NCBI GenBank assembly: GCA_040143965.1
Contig: JASJQH010006922.1
Coordinates: 1 to 38,384 of the forward strand
DNA from: Basidiobolus ranarum
Lineage: Eukaryota
Direction of reading: 5' to 3'
Length of the DNA: 38,384 nucleotides
Within the stretch, counting starts at the first letter, position 1, and each line of letters begins with the position of its first letter. Both the position numbers and the translations under genes were made by a program. The notes beneath the pieces are model-generated. The model was given only the letters and a program-made list of their open reading frames with translations, was not told the DNA's origin and did not search any database. Of the stretch, positions 1 to 10,328 are shown piece after piece.

Positions 1-2
1 CT

Positions 3-191
3 CCCAAGCCCAAGCAGCCAGACACTCCTCCCCAGCCACAGAAGAGTTCCAATCCTCCCAAGCCAAAGAAGCCTTCCAATCCTCCCAAGCCAAAGAAGCC
101 TACCAGTCCTCCTAAGCCTGTGAAGCCTGTCAAGCCAACTAAGCCAGTCAGCCCTTCCAAGCCAAAGAAGCCCACCAATCCCCCCAAATAA
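3..191 (+). CDS. 3' end (partial) of a Pro/Lys-rich repetitive, extensin-like protein
   Basis: Frame from base 3 reads PKPKQPDTPPQPQKSSNPPKPKKPSNPPKPKKPTSPPKPVKPVKPTKPVSPSKPKKPTNPPK-TAA (189-191), followed by an AT-rich 3' region; 5' part lies outside the window. Confidence 0.75.
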   Translation, partial: PKPKQPDTPPQPQKSSNPPKPKKPSNPPKPKKPTSPPKPVKPVKPTKPVSPSKPKKPTNPPK

Positions 192-538
192 GTCAAACAA
201 GTCTATCTGCTAAACCTCATTACTGTAGGTCTACTTAATATAATATGGGAATATCAAGTATAAGAAAGTATTTAGATTTTAGGAAAGTTATTTTCATTGC
301 AAGTTTCAATGAGCTACTTAAATAAAGTATATTCATACTTTTCAAGAAATCGATATATTTTGTGAGGAAATGTTAATTATCGAATCGTCAAATGCTAGGA
401 ACTTTGAAAGTTACGCAAGATAGTATATTTATGTGAAAGGGCTACTTGAAAAGGAATGTACTTTTGTATATCTAATGGGTCTCTACTAATAAGAATACAT
501 CTAGCGGTTCTCTACAAATTATTAATAAGGTATGGAAT

Positions 539-718
539 TTACACGCCCATGTGCTGTACACAACGATAATTGACTTGCAAGAGAGAACACGTCAGGCCTT
601 CACAACAACTTTCCTCTAGGTTGCACTCCTCGAACTCTTCAAGACATGTCTGAGAATTTACGTAGCCCATAGCAATGGTTAACAAAGCCACAACCGAATA
701 TAAAGTAAACGAATTCAT
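539..718 (-). CDS. Small secreted cysteine-knot (ICK/knottin-framework) peptide, 59 aa
   Basis: ATG at 718 gives a signal-peptide-like MNSFTLYSVVALLTIAMGYVNS, then QTCLEEFEECNLEESCCEGLTCSLLQVNYRCVQHMGV with C-x6-C-x5-CC-x4-C-x8-C. TATA box about 65 nt upstream. Confidence 0.75.
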   Translation of the reverse strand: MNSFTLYSVVALLTIAMGYVNSQTCLEEFEECNLEESCCEGLTCSLLQVNYRCVQHMGV

Positions 719-780
719 TTCGAAGAAAGGAGGATTTTGGTAAAAAGAGAATTTGGCCAAAGCATCCCCTCCACTGTCTA

Positions 781-790
781 TATTTATATA
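781..790 (-). promoter_or_regulatory. TATA box of the knottin gene
   Basis: TATATAAATA on the minus strand upstream of ATG 718; it lies inside the longer 805-start ORF, favouring 718 as the true start. Confidence 0.5.
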
Positions 791-1301
791 TCCGTATAAG
801 GTCATCTCATCTGTCTTTATGTAGCCAAATCAGGGAGGGAAGAGGGGAGATGCAGACCTAAAATGCAATTACAATCCCATATGGCTAATCACCCACACTA
901 ATTGCAACTGACGCACATATTATGCTGTTGAGATATTCAAAATAGGAACCAAACCTCGGCCCCTCAACAAAAGAGAATGTCAACTGTGGGCAGGGGAAGG
1001 GGAAATATTCAATGACATCGAGAATTAAGGTTAGGGTTGGATTTGGGTTGGATTAACCACAACTGTAGTCGTTAAGGTTCCTTCATTTTGAGTAGTGTGC
1101 CATTCGGGACCTGGAGTCCAAGTGACACAAAGCACGTGTACCTCTTGGCTGTATCAGAAAGTTGGCTAAACCTTTTGATAATTACCAGTTTTAGTCCAGC
1201 TACTAAAGCTAGCTACTAGTTCACATCAAGTCAAAACATTCCCAGCTCTTGTTCATATTTTGTTGCTTTTGCTCTCTCGTTTACTCTGCACAAATTGAAG
1301 C

Positions 1302-1790
1302 ATGTAAGTAATGACTCCATATGTATTTTATAATCACGCGCCAAGACTAAATCCCTTTTTCTTTTCAGGTCAACAACTCCTTCAGTACTTCAGCCGCCTT
1401 CAAGAGCTCAAACTGAAGTACAAGAGACTTTGGTCACTGTTAGCTTAAATTTGGAAGAGTTACAGAAGGTTGAAGGTCCTACTAGACGTCGTAAGTGAAA
1501 TTACGGATTTCTCTGTCATTATTATAGTATTAAGTTACTGATGTTCTTTAACTGTCCTTAGATTCCTCGGCCTTGGAACACTTTGAAACGCACATAAGTA
1601 AAAATCAGCAGAAGATACGCTGGTGGCGTCGACATCGTCTCAAGTTCTTTATTCTTGGAGTTTTCTTGCTGCTGATTGCTATTATACTAGGTATTGAAAT
1701 ATTTTACTTCGTAATACTACTGTACTTGTTAGTTAACCCATTTTATTGTTGAACTCTGTAGTCTCCGTATTAGCTAGTCCTTCGCACTGA
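1302..1790 (+). CDS. Divergent synaptobrevin/VAMP-like tail-anchored protein, 93 aa, 4 exons
   Basis: Exons 1302-1303, 1369-1490, 1562-1690, 1762-1790 (282 nt, phases consistent, three GT-AG introns). Protein MSTTPSVLQPPSRAQTEVQETLVTVSLNLEELQKVEGPTRRHSSALEHFETHISKNQQKIRWWRRHRLKFFILGVFLLLIAIILVSVLASPSH, with WW+basic juxtamembrane segment and C-terminal TM helix. Confidence 0.7.
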
Positions 1791-2311
1791 TTATTTTTGG
1801 TTTACCACTTTAAGATCTTCGCACTATTGTTTGTTTTCAACGATATTATATACCAAGTTTAAATGCGAAAAGAACCCTGAAGAGCAACTTTCTACTTATA
1901 CATATATTTTCTTCGTTACATTTCTTATCCTCGTGGTTTCTCTCGTAAAGCTCACCATTTAACCACAAAAATTGGTTTCAGCAATGACATTTTATTAAAC
2001 TCCTCTGAAAAATATCCAAGGGGTAGATATACTATATGTGATAGCAATTGATATAATAATATGAAAGCGAGAACTTGGTCGAATTAAGTAGACTGACGTT
2101 GTATTCCAATTTGTGAAATTTCCGACTTAACCTTGTTTATTTCGAAGCCATAGATGATCAAATTTTTGCATATACTTACAGTACATCATATGAAAATCCT
2201 ATTGAGGAAGTACTTGAAACTGACCAAATTTTGACTGAAGTGGCTTACCCGTTCTACTAGAAATAGTGGTTTATTTCCGCTAGTCCCTGCAATTTATTTC
2301 AGTCGTTTCCA

Positions 2312-4476
2312 ATGCTACTGAGCATCTCAAAGTCCAGACTATTGAATACGTTCATAGGACAAGGACAACGGTCCTTTGCGGTAACCATTTGTCATTGGCA
2401 CTTATCAAAATTCGATAAAATCTGGTAGTTGCATGCTAACTTATTTTTCTTAGACCATAAGATATCGTAACTTATTATCCCAACAATTTGTCCCCACCAC
2501 GAAAGAAGTTTCAAATAAGGAAGACAAAAATGTCAGTGTCGAGCTAATGCTCCGTAGTGGTTTTCTTCGTCAGGTAATTGGTAGAATTCAACGCGTTATT
2601 TTATTTGTATGAATTTATACTTAAAAGTATGAAACGATGCTTGCTTTTCATTTTTGAAATGTAGTCCTCCTCTGGCATATATTCTTTGCTTCCATTTGCT
2701 GTTAGAACACTTGATAAGTTGAAGCGAATCATCGAGGAAGAAATGAAGGCAGTGGGTAAGCACAATTCTTATAATTTTGGGGTGGACGCATACCTTTCTA
2801 GTAAAATCTAACCTAGTAGTCTTTATAACTATATTCAGGAGGACAGAAGCTTTCCTTACCGTTGATACTCTCTCCAGAAGCATGGATAACTACTGGACGC
2901 TGGGAATCCACCGGGAAAGAGGTAAATTTACACAGTAGAATTAACCTCTTCAAATCTGTTGTAATTCTCAAGCTTGTATAAAAGTTGTTCAAACTTCAAG
3001 ATCGTAAAGGGAGTGAATTTTGTTTGGCTCCAACACATGAAGAAGAGATCACTCAGTTGGTGGGGAACGAAATCTCATCATATCGACAGCTACCGGTTCG
3101 CCTTTATCAAATAGGTAAGTTATCAGCTAGTAGATCTTTCCATTATCATTCTGATGAATGCTCAGACTTCATCTTCTAAAGGCAATAAGTACCGGGATGA
3201 ATTGCGACCTCGCGCAGGATTATTGAGAGGAAGAGAATTTATCATGAAAGATCTTTACACCTTTGATGCAACGGAGGAAGAAGCCCAGCTGACATATGAC
3301 ATAGTCAAGGAAGCGTATCATAAAATATTTACCAGAGTCGCCATACCATTTGCAGTTGCTGAAGCCGACACCGGGAATATCGGTGGAACCAAATCACACG
3401 AATTTCATTTTGTTAGCCAGGCTGGAGAGGACAGTTTGATCTCCTGCAAGAAATGTGGATATACTGCAAATGAAGAGCGAGCCCAAGGGAGAATCATGGG
3501 ACAAGAGTCAATTGAACATATCGACTCAGCTTTATCTGCTGGCGCAAGCGATATCTTGAAGAACTATTCACTTCATTGGTCTATTAGTGAAGAGCAACGA
3601 CCCGAGCTTAATGTGATCGTCACCGAAAAAGGTAGACAAATCAATGGGTTGAAAGTGAAGGCATCCTTCAAGACTATCAAGTCTCTCAACGAAGAACAAG
3701 CACTAGACTGGGTTACTCAGCATAGTGTAGATAAAATTAATTTGCTACTTGATGATAGTGTTCGTAACCATCGCTCCGACTCGGCATCAAGCACCAAAGA
3801 CGATTTCACGAAATCAAAAGCTTTTCGTATCATTGATATGTTGAAAGGACTACAAGTAAACACTCATAAGGGAGATTTCCACAACACGGTAGCTGGCGAC
3901 GCATGCCCCCATTGTACTGAGACTCAGTTACTTTCGGTTGAACGGGCGGTTGAAGTAGGCCACACCTTCTTGTTGGGTACCAAATATTCCTCTCTACTTA
4001 ACGCGACCTATCAACCAGCAAATTCCACGGTTAGGGCCCCGATGCAAATGGGATGCTATGGTATTGGAGTAAGTCGTTTATTAGCAGCAATTGTGGAATC
4101 CTCCCACGACTCGAAAGGTATCATCTGGCCCGCCTCAGTCTCGCCCTATCGTGTATGCCTAATTCCCCTCATCACCGGTAAGCATGTGGAATCTGACCAA
4201 GTGCTCACGAAGAGCACTGAGGAGTTATACGACTCCATGCATAGAGAAATTGATTGGTTGAAGGATGAAGTTATCATTGATGACAGAAAAGGGGTTTCTG
4301 CAGGTTTCCGTATGAAAGATTCCGAGCTCATTGGTTACCCATGGTCCGTTATTATTGGAAAGTCCTACATCAAAGATGGTAAATTTGAGTTACAAATACG
4401 TAAAACTGGAGAGAAGAAATTCCTCACCAAGGAGGAGCTCATAGACTTGTTTAAATCCATGAATCTCGATCTTTAG
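2312..4476 (+). CDS. AIM10: Mitochondrial (bacterial-type) prolyl-tRNA synthetase, about 6 exons
   Basis: Spliced reading gives a presequence-like N-terminus, [83 protein letters not shown] and an anticodon-binding domain (DSELIGYP). Confidence 0.92.
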
Positions 4477-5061
4477 TGTATCCGTGATATTCATGTTTCT
4501 AGAATTAAAGCATTTCTCGCATCTCATAAATTCGATTAAATACTTCCAACCTTTGACCTTCATGAGGTGTCGTGCGATTGTTTGTTTATGCATATTTAGT
4601 GACAATGAGGCTATAGAATTCACCAATTCTTCGGCTTCATGCTGGAATGATGAATGATGGAAAAACTGGAACATCTGTAAATGCGCGTATTTAACCAAGA
4701 TATAGGTTAAGCACATAATAAATGGAATCTTCATAACTCTGCCTAGTTTCAAACATCTTGTTTATGCGGTATGGATGCTTTACGAAACATCGATCGGATC
4801 GACTTCCGAATATGGTTAGCTGCAAGAAGCCCTAGTTAGATGTCATGGCAACCCTACACACTATCTCAAGGTAAAGATTTTCACTTGATTATTCAATGTC
4901 GATCAGTCAGTCATTGAAGATGTAGGCATGCAACATCATAAAAGCTCCCTAACACCTCCTTAACACGTTCCCTACACATTAAGAGGAGCATTCCACGAGA
5001 ATCTGATGTATGTACGATCCAAGCGCATGCTATATGCTAACTTTGACAAGACGAAAAGTAG

Positions 5062-5069
5062 TATAAATA
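5062..5069 (+). promoter_or_regulatory. TATA box of His-rich gene A
   Basis: TATAAATA about 115 nt upstream of ATG 5178; the paralog has the same element at similar distance. Confidence 0.5.
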
Positions 5070-5177
5070 GAAGGGAGATTGTTGAAAGTATGATAAAATC
5101 AACAAGATCAACAACTTCTCATCTTCTTGCGAGATTCCAATTAATTACCAACTAGTCTATTATCTATCAATTCAAAC

Positions 5178-5900
5178 ATGAGATTCGCCGCTGCCACTAT
5201 CTTCCTCCTGGCCTCTGCAACCATCGCCAGTGCAGCAATTGCCAATCCTGCTTACGCAGCCAACCCTAGAGATCTTGATTATGACAATGGCCACGGAAAG
5301 TACAACGACCCCAGCTACTCTGGAGATGGTGATGACTACAAGAAGGGCCATCATGGTGGAGACTATGACGATGACAAGCATTACAAAAAGGGAGGGAAAC
5401 ACCACAAAAGTCAAGATGGTTATGATGAAGATGATGACAACTATTCTGGACATCATGGTCATAAGAAACACAAGGGAGGCAAAGGTCACGGTAAAGGAAA
5501 GAAGTATGAGGATGATGAAGATTATGACCATAAGAAGCATCACAAATCCTCCCATAAGAAAGGACATGCTGAAGAAGAAGATGAGAGCCAATCCGCCTCT
5601 CCTCAACAACAGCCAGATGACTCTGAAGCTGCTGTTGCTCCTGCTGCAAATCCTGAACAGGTCGAGGCTCCAGTAGCCTCAATTGTGCAAGAGAGTGTTG
5701 TCGCACCAGCTGAAGAAGTTCAAGTCGAGACTCAACCCAATACTGACAATAGCAATTCTCAACAGCAGCAACCAGCCGAAAGCTCACCAGATCAAGATTT
5801 CGCACCTGCAGCAAACGCAGGAGCTTGTAATGGTTTGGTTAGAGCCGGAGGCAACATTGGAGATATGCCAGTCGGACTCTGCGTCAATCTGGGTCTTTAA
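5178..5900 (+). CDS. Secreted His/Gly/Asp/Lys-rich protein A with C-terminal C-x17-C motif, 240 aa
   Basis: Intronless ORF: signal peptide, low-complexity H/G/D/K/Y region, Ala/Pro/Glu/Gln linker, tail CNGLVRAGGNIGDMPVGLCVNLGL. Paralog at 13662. Confidence 0.85.
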   Translation: MRFAAATIFLLASATIASAAIANPAYAANPRDLDYDNGHGKYNDPSYSGDGDDYKKGHHGGDYDDDKHYKKGGKHHKSQDGYDEDDDNYSGHHGHKKHKGGKGHGKGKKYEDDEDYDHKKHHKSSHKKGHAEEEDESQSASPQQQPDDSEAAVAPAANPEQVEAPVASIVQESVVAPAEEVQVETQPNTDNSNSQQQQPAESSPDQDFAPAANAGACNGLVRAGGNIGDMPVGLCVNLGL

Positions 5901-6225
5901 AGTATCCAGTGTATGATTTACGTATGCAATAGAATGCATTGTGTAAAAGATCTACCTTCTATATATTCCCAATCCTACCGTCTCCCCTTACAATACCTGT
6001 TATCGATTGACCGTTCTTTTCCTTATTACAATATGGATATATACCACGATAGAAAGGGTTGGTACCAAACGATATTTACTACTATTAGATGTTGAAAATT
6101 AATAAATTTTCGATTACGAGATTCCATGTCTCCCACTTGATATTGAGGGGTGAAGATTAACTTTGTATGCATTCCCCATCATTGTGAACATTTATAATTC
6201 TTGTTGAAAAAGCGATAGTTGATTT

Positions 6226-9018
6226 TCATTTATTGTTTTCACTCTTTGTAGACCATCCAGAGAATGGTTCGAATCTGCTTGTGAATGGCATACGTTGAGA
6301 AGAAATCGACGAATTCCTTGATCTATTATCTACATGTACAGGGGATGCAGATCTATCCGCTAAATTATTACTTGATACTTTTTTAGAAGTCAAAAACTCT
6401 CCACTCCCGCCGGTAGCTTCTAGAGCCCCTACAGGCAGTTGAGGTCTTGAGCTTGAGGTTTCGTTGTTGCATGAGGAATGTCCGAAAAGATTAAACTCTC
6501 TACCTCTAAACCCTCTGCCATTTGCTAGGCCAGAAGGTGGCGTAACTGTCCCAGCTGGTGAATTGCTATGTTTGGTTGAAAATAACGTGGCCGTAGAGCC
6601 ATCAAATTCCGGTGTAACTGTTCCTGATCGTGCAGGCACTGGTTTTGATATAACGGTAAACTCAGTTGGGTCATCGATACTACCAACTGGTCCATATTCA
6701 AACAACGAATGAACACTTCCTTGTGAAGACTGATATCGATGGCGTGGCCTAAACGAAGTGGAATTCGATACATCGTCGGCTTCATGATTATTAAACCCAC
6801 TGGAGGTTGAGGCTGAGTTCAACATGGCAAGCAAGTCTGGTGCACTATTATTGTTGACTGCTAAATTTCTTAGTGGATTATTACCAACTCGCCTTTCACC
6901 TACCACACCTGAAGAAGTAAATCCACCAGAGAAGCCTGCGAACAATGATTGCGGCTGGGAAGCTACGGTAGAGAAAATGGGAGGCGAGACTACGCTCTGA
7001 CCAGCTATGGAAATCTCGGGTAGATTGTCGCCAACTGTAGGGCCAAATAGTTGATATCCACCAGTATAAGCATTATCGAGACGGTTGAATCGTCGAGCCT
7101 TGTTCAACTCCTCCATAATAGTCCACTTTTCGTGATCTAGTCGAAGCAATTGATCTTTAATACTTCGCTCAAGCTCTTGAAGTTGAAGATAATTTTGAAA
7201 AAGAATGCGATGTTCTTGGTCTAGTGACATCTTTTGATTCTTTAATTTACTATCGGGTTCAGTAATTCGTCCATTCTCATTCAAGAGTTTCTCCAACTCC
7301 TCTTCTTTCTCGACGATTTTACGCCATAAATTCTGTTTAGTGGTCATAGCATCTTCAAGCTCTTTTTCCGCAAATGTTATATCGTTTTGAAACGTTGAAA
7401 GTGATTCTTCTAACATCTCCTTTTCTTTGTTGAATTCCAATTCGATTTGTTTTACTTTATCCTTCGCAGCTTCCGTAGATTTTTGAAGAGAATCCTTTTC
7501 TCTTTCTTTAGTTTGGAGAGCATCTTGAGCATGCTGTTTAGCATTTTGCTCGAGCTTCAATTCCCGTTCCAATTTTATTCTTGCCGCATCTGCTTCCGCC
7601 TTGGCGTCATCGAGAAGCTTTAGACGACTTTTTAGCTTCATCTTAGGCTCTTCTTCTGCTCTTTTGAGTGCACGAAGACGGTCCAACTCATTACGTATGT
7701 TGACCTCCTCTATCTGCGATTGTTTCTCTACTTCCTTTGCATTTTGAGCAATCTCTTGACGTTGTTTCTTAATAATATTACATTCGCTCCGCAATGCTTC
7801 TAACTTCTCTTCAGTGATTGAGACTTGAGGATTTTCATCATTTACGAGAACCTTCTGACTAACGACTGGCGTATTTTTAGGTTCCAAAGATTTCGATAGC
7901 GAATCTTTATTGACTAGAAGAAAGAGAAGAAGTTAAGATAAAAGAAAGGATAACCAAAAGATAATTTAAAGGAAATCATACTGTTACTAAGATTAGAGAT
8001 GGACGTAGGGACGATAGGTAAGGTTTTGATCCCAATACACTGAGAAGAAGTACGTATACGTGAATTTGAAACTGCCCATACTCGGATTTTATACCATGTA
8101 TTAGGAGAAAGTCCCAAGATTTCTACCGAAGTTTCTTGTTTATCTGATTCACCAGCGATTACACCATTAATTTCTATCAGATATCTTTCTATGGATGGTT
8201 TCTCCGGTAGTGTCCAGTATATACTTGTTCCAGTTTCCTTTACATTTTTGATGTATATCACCGGTGGTGTAGGGATTATCAATCCAAAGAAAAGTCCAAC
8301 TTTGTCAAAGGAAGAATGAACAAAAAACGCCAAATGATATAATATCCAAAGAAGTCCAAACGAGGTACAATGAGCAGCTATGGGTGCCATAAAATCGGGT
8401 GGTATGATAGAAAACCAAGGCAATCGATATCTAACCACTGAAAGTCCAGTCACTAGTATCCAACCAATGATATCTAACCCGTGAAAACCATGAACTAAAG
8501 AAGCATTCACTACTGAAGATGCCAAAAAACCAGTCATTTGGTAAGAAGCTAAATAGTAAGTTAACCCACTGGTCGTGAGTATCAAGGCAAAAAATACAAT
8601 AAACACCGCTATACTTATAGAGAAGGCGTTGAAAAATATGGTAAACGTGAAATAAGAAAAAAATAACCATTCAAGTGGAAGGTTGAAACAATAATCCATA
8701 AAAACCATAATTGTCCAAACAAAAATTACACTAAAGGCGCGATGTCTATCAAAAACACGTTCAGGTAAAATAGGCGGAGGTTTGAAAGTGGACATGAACG
8801 ACAGTTTGGTAAAGTGAATGGGAAATAATGGTCAATAACCAGGATAGAAATAGAGAGATAAAGAGGTGGTTAGTATCTATTGATGTGGAGGTCCAAATAA
8901 CACGAAAATACCGGTCAAGTGAAGCAGCAAGGCGATCGATAAGATTTGGATCCTTTAGATATGTCGAAGAGCCAGGTCTCCGCCATGTAGTTCTCGAAGT
9001 GAGCTCATCAGTATTCAT
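6226..9018 (-). CDS. Macoilin-like multipass membrane protein with FN3 domain, long coiled coil and Ser-rich tail, 3 exons
   Basis: Exon 1 9018-8912, intron 8911-8746, exon 2 8745 to about 7982, short intron ending at 7914, exon 3 to stop at 6226. TM region has VW..D..E[WY]L..F.VFF..TS..AS..V and P.AAHC; FN3 pattern W...Y...LSPNTWYKIRVWAV; then about 250 aa of heptad-rich E/K/L sequence. Confidence 0.8.
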
Positions 9019-9167
9019 TCAGATTTATCCAGAGCGATCTGTGATGATATGTAAAACGTCGCAAGTGGATGACGGTAGAATATAGTAAACAAAAGGCAAT
9101 ATACACAATGAAAGAAGTGTAAGGCTTTGCAAGGTAAAAAATATATAAAACCCGTTGGAATAAATTC

Positions 9168-9181
9168 AACCCTAACCCTAA
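9168..9181. repeat. Short interstitial telomere-like repeat AACCCTAACCCTAA in a divergent promoter
   Basis: Two tandem CCCTAA units between the divergent ATGs at 9018 (-) and 9404 (+). Confidence 0.4.
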
Positions 9182-9403
9182 TTCATTCACTTGTTACAGT
9201 TAACTAATTTGTGAACTGATCAGCTAGCCAATCCGATCATGGAATTCACCTGAGTGACAATACTCGGAAGTAGATTATAGTAAATGTATTAGCTATACCT
9301 ACATGAGTTTGCATCGGAATCTAACCGGAGATGTCAGATACAAATTATGAGGTTATGATCGACAAATGTTTTATCTCTTTTGCATTCACCAACTCGTGTC
9401 AAC

Positions 9404-10087
9404 ATGAGCTCTAAAAAAATCTTTACTTTAATTGTTATACACGACAAAGAGCAGAACAAGGTACAATCTGCATAGAGAATATAGCATTTTTTCGGACTAC
9501 TGAAGGTTTGTTCTAGGTTCTGCTCGGAATGAAAAAGAGAGGGTTTGGAAAAGGAAAATGGAACGGCTTTGGTGGTAAAGTGGAATTGGGAGAGACAATC
9601 GAGCAAGGCGCTTTAAGAGAACTTGAGGTTAGTTACTAACCACGGTCATGTCAAGGAGAGAATACCAAATAACTTTGGTGACACCAGGAAGAGGCGGGCA
9701 TTACCGCTACTGGTCTTTACAAGGCTGGATTAATGTGGTTCAAGTTCGCTGGAGACCCAGTGATTCTCGAGGTTCATGTATTCTGTGCTCACAGCTATGA
9801 AGGAGACATTATCGAGTAGGTGAAACTGTACCCAACTCTTCTATTATCCATTATATTAATGTTTATTTAGGACGGAAGAGATGAAACCGCAATGGTACGA
9901 TATAAAGAATATCCCTTTTGATAGTATGTGGCAAGACGACCAGTATTGGTTCCCCTTTCTCTTGCAAGAGCAAACATTCGTAGGGAAGGTTGCGTTCAAA
10001 GAAGATCAAACAACAGTTGAATACCAAAACATTCATGTGGTTGATACCCTTCCCATCCCAACACCAACTGATATTCCAGATTTCTAA
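9404..10087 (+). CDS. NUDT1: Nudix hydrolase, MTH1/NUDT1-type oxidized purine nucleoside triphosphatase, 4 exons
   Basis: Spliced protein contains [41 protein letters not shown] (Nudix box with MTH1 signature) and EEMKPQWY...[15 protein letters not shown]. Confidence 0.9.
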
Positions 10088-10328
10088 TAAAATTCAAAAA
10101 TAATGAGTTTAAATTTGGAATCCGTAAATTACCTATGATTTAAGTCAATATTTGCTTTGCAATGCTCAGTAAAAAAAACTATTCAATTTGGTTGCAATTG
10201 ATCCAACCACTCAGATTCTGGTCATTTCGAGTGCAGAGATACTTCTTTTTTTTCTGAGCTATTACTGTCAGCTTGAGTAATCAAAGTAACGCTCACCACC
10301 ATCTCCACCAAACCCTACATTTCTAAAG

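Noticed and set aside
719-805. Longer 88-aa version of the knottin ORF
   Set aside because: The extension contains the TATA box and would bury the signal peptide; ATG 718 fits better.
4390-4752. 120-aa minus-strand ORF overlapping the ProRS 3' end
   Set aside because: Non-ATG start, no motif support, and overlaps a confident gene.
5172-5814. Antisense and alternate-frame ORFs over His-rich gene A (hydrophobic 145 aa, Met/Thr-rich 148 aa, 182 aa)
   Set aside because: Expected shadows of repetitive GAT/GAC/CAT/AAG codons; the same shadows recur over paralog B (13714-14303) without conserved motifs.
8761-9018. 85-aa ORF as an independent gene or uORF
   Set aside because: Its first 36 codons splice in frame (8911-8746 intron) onto the macoilin-like exon.
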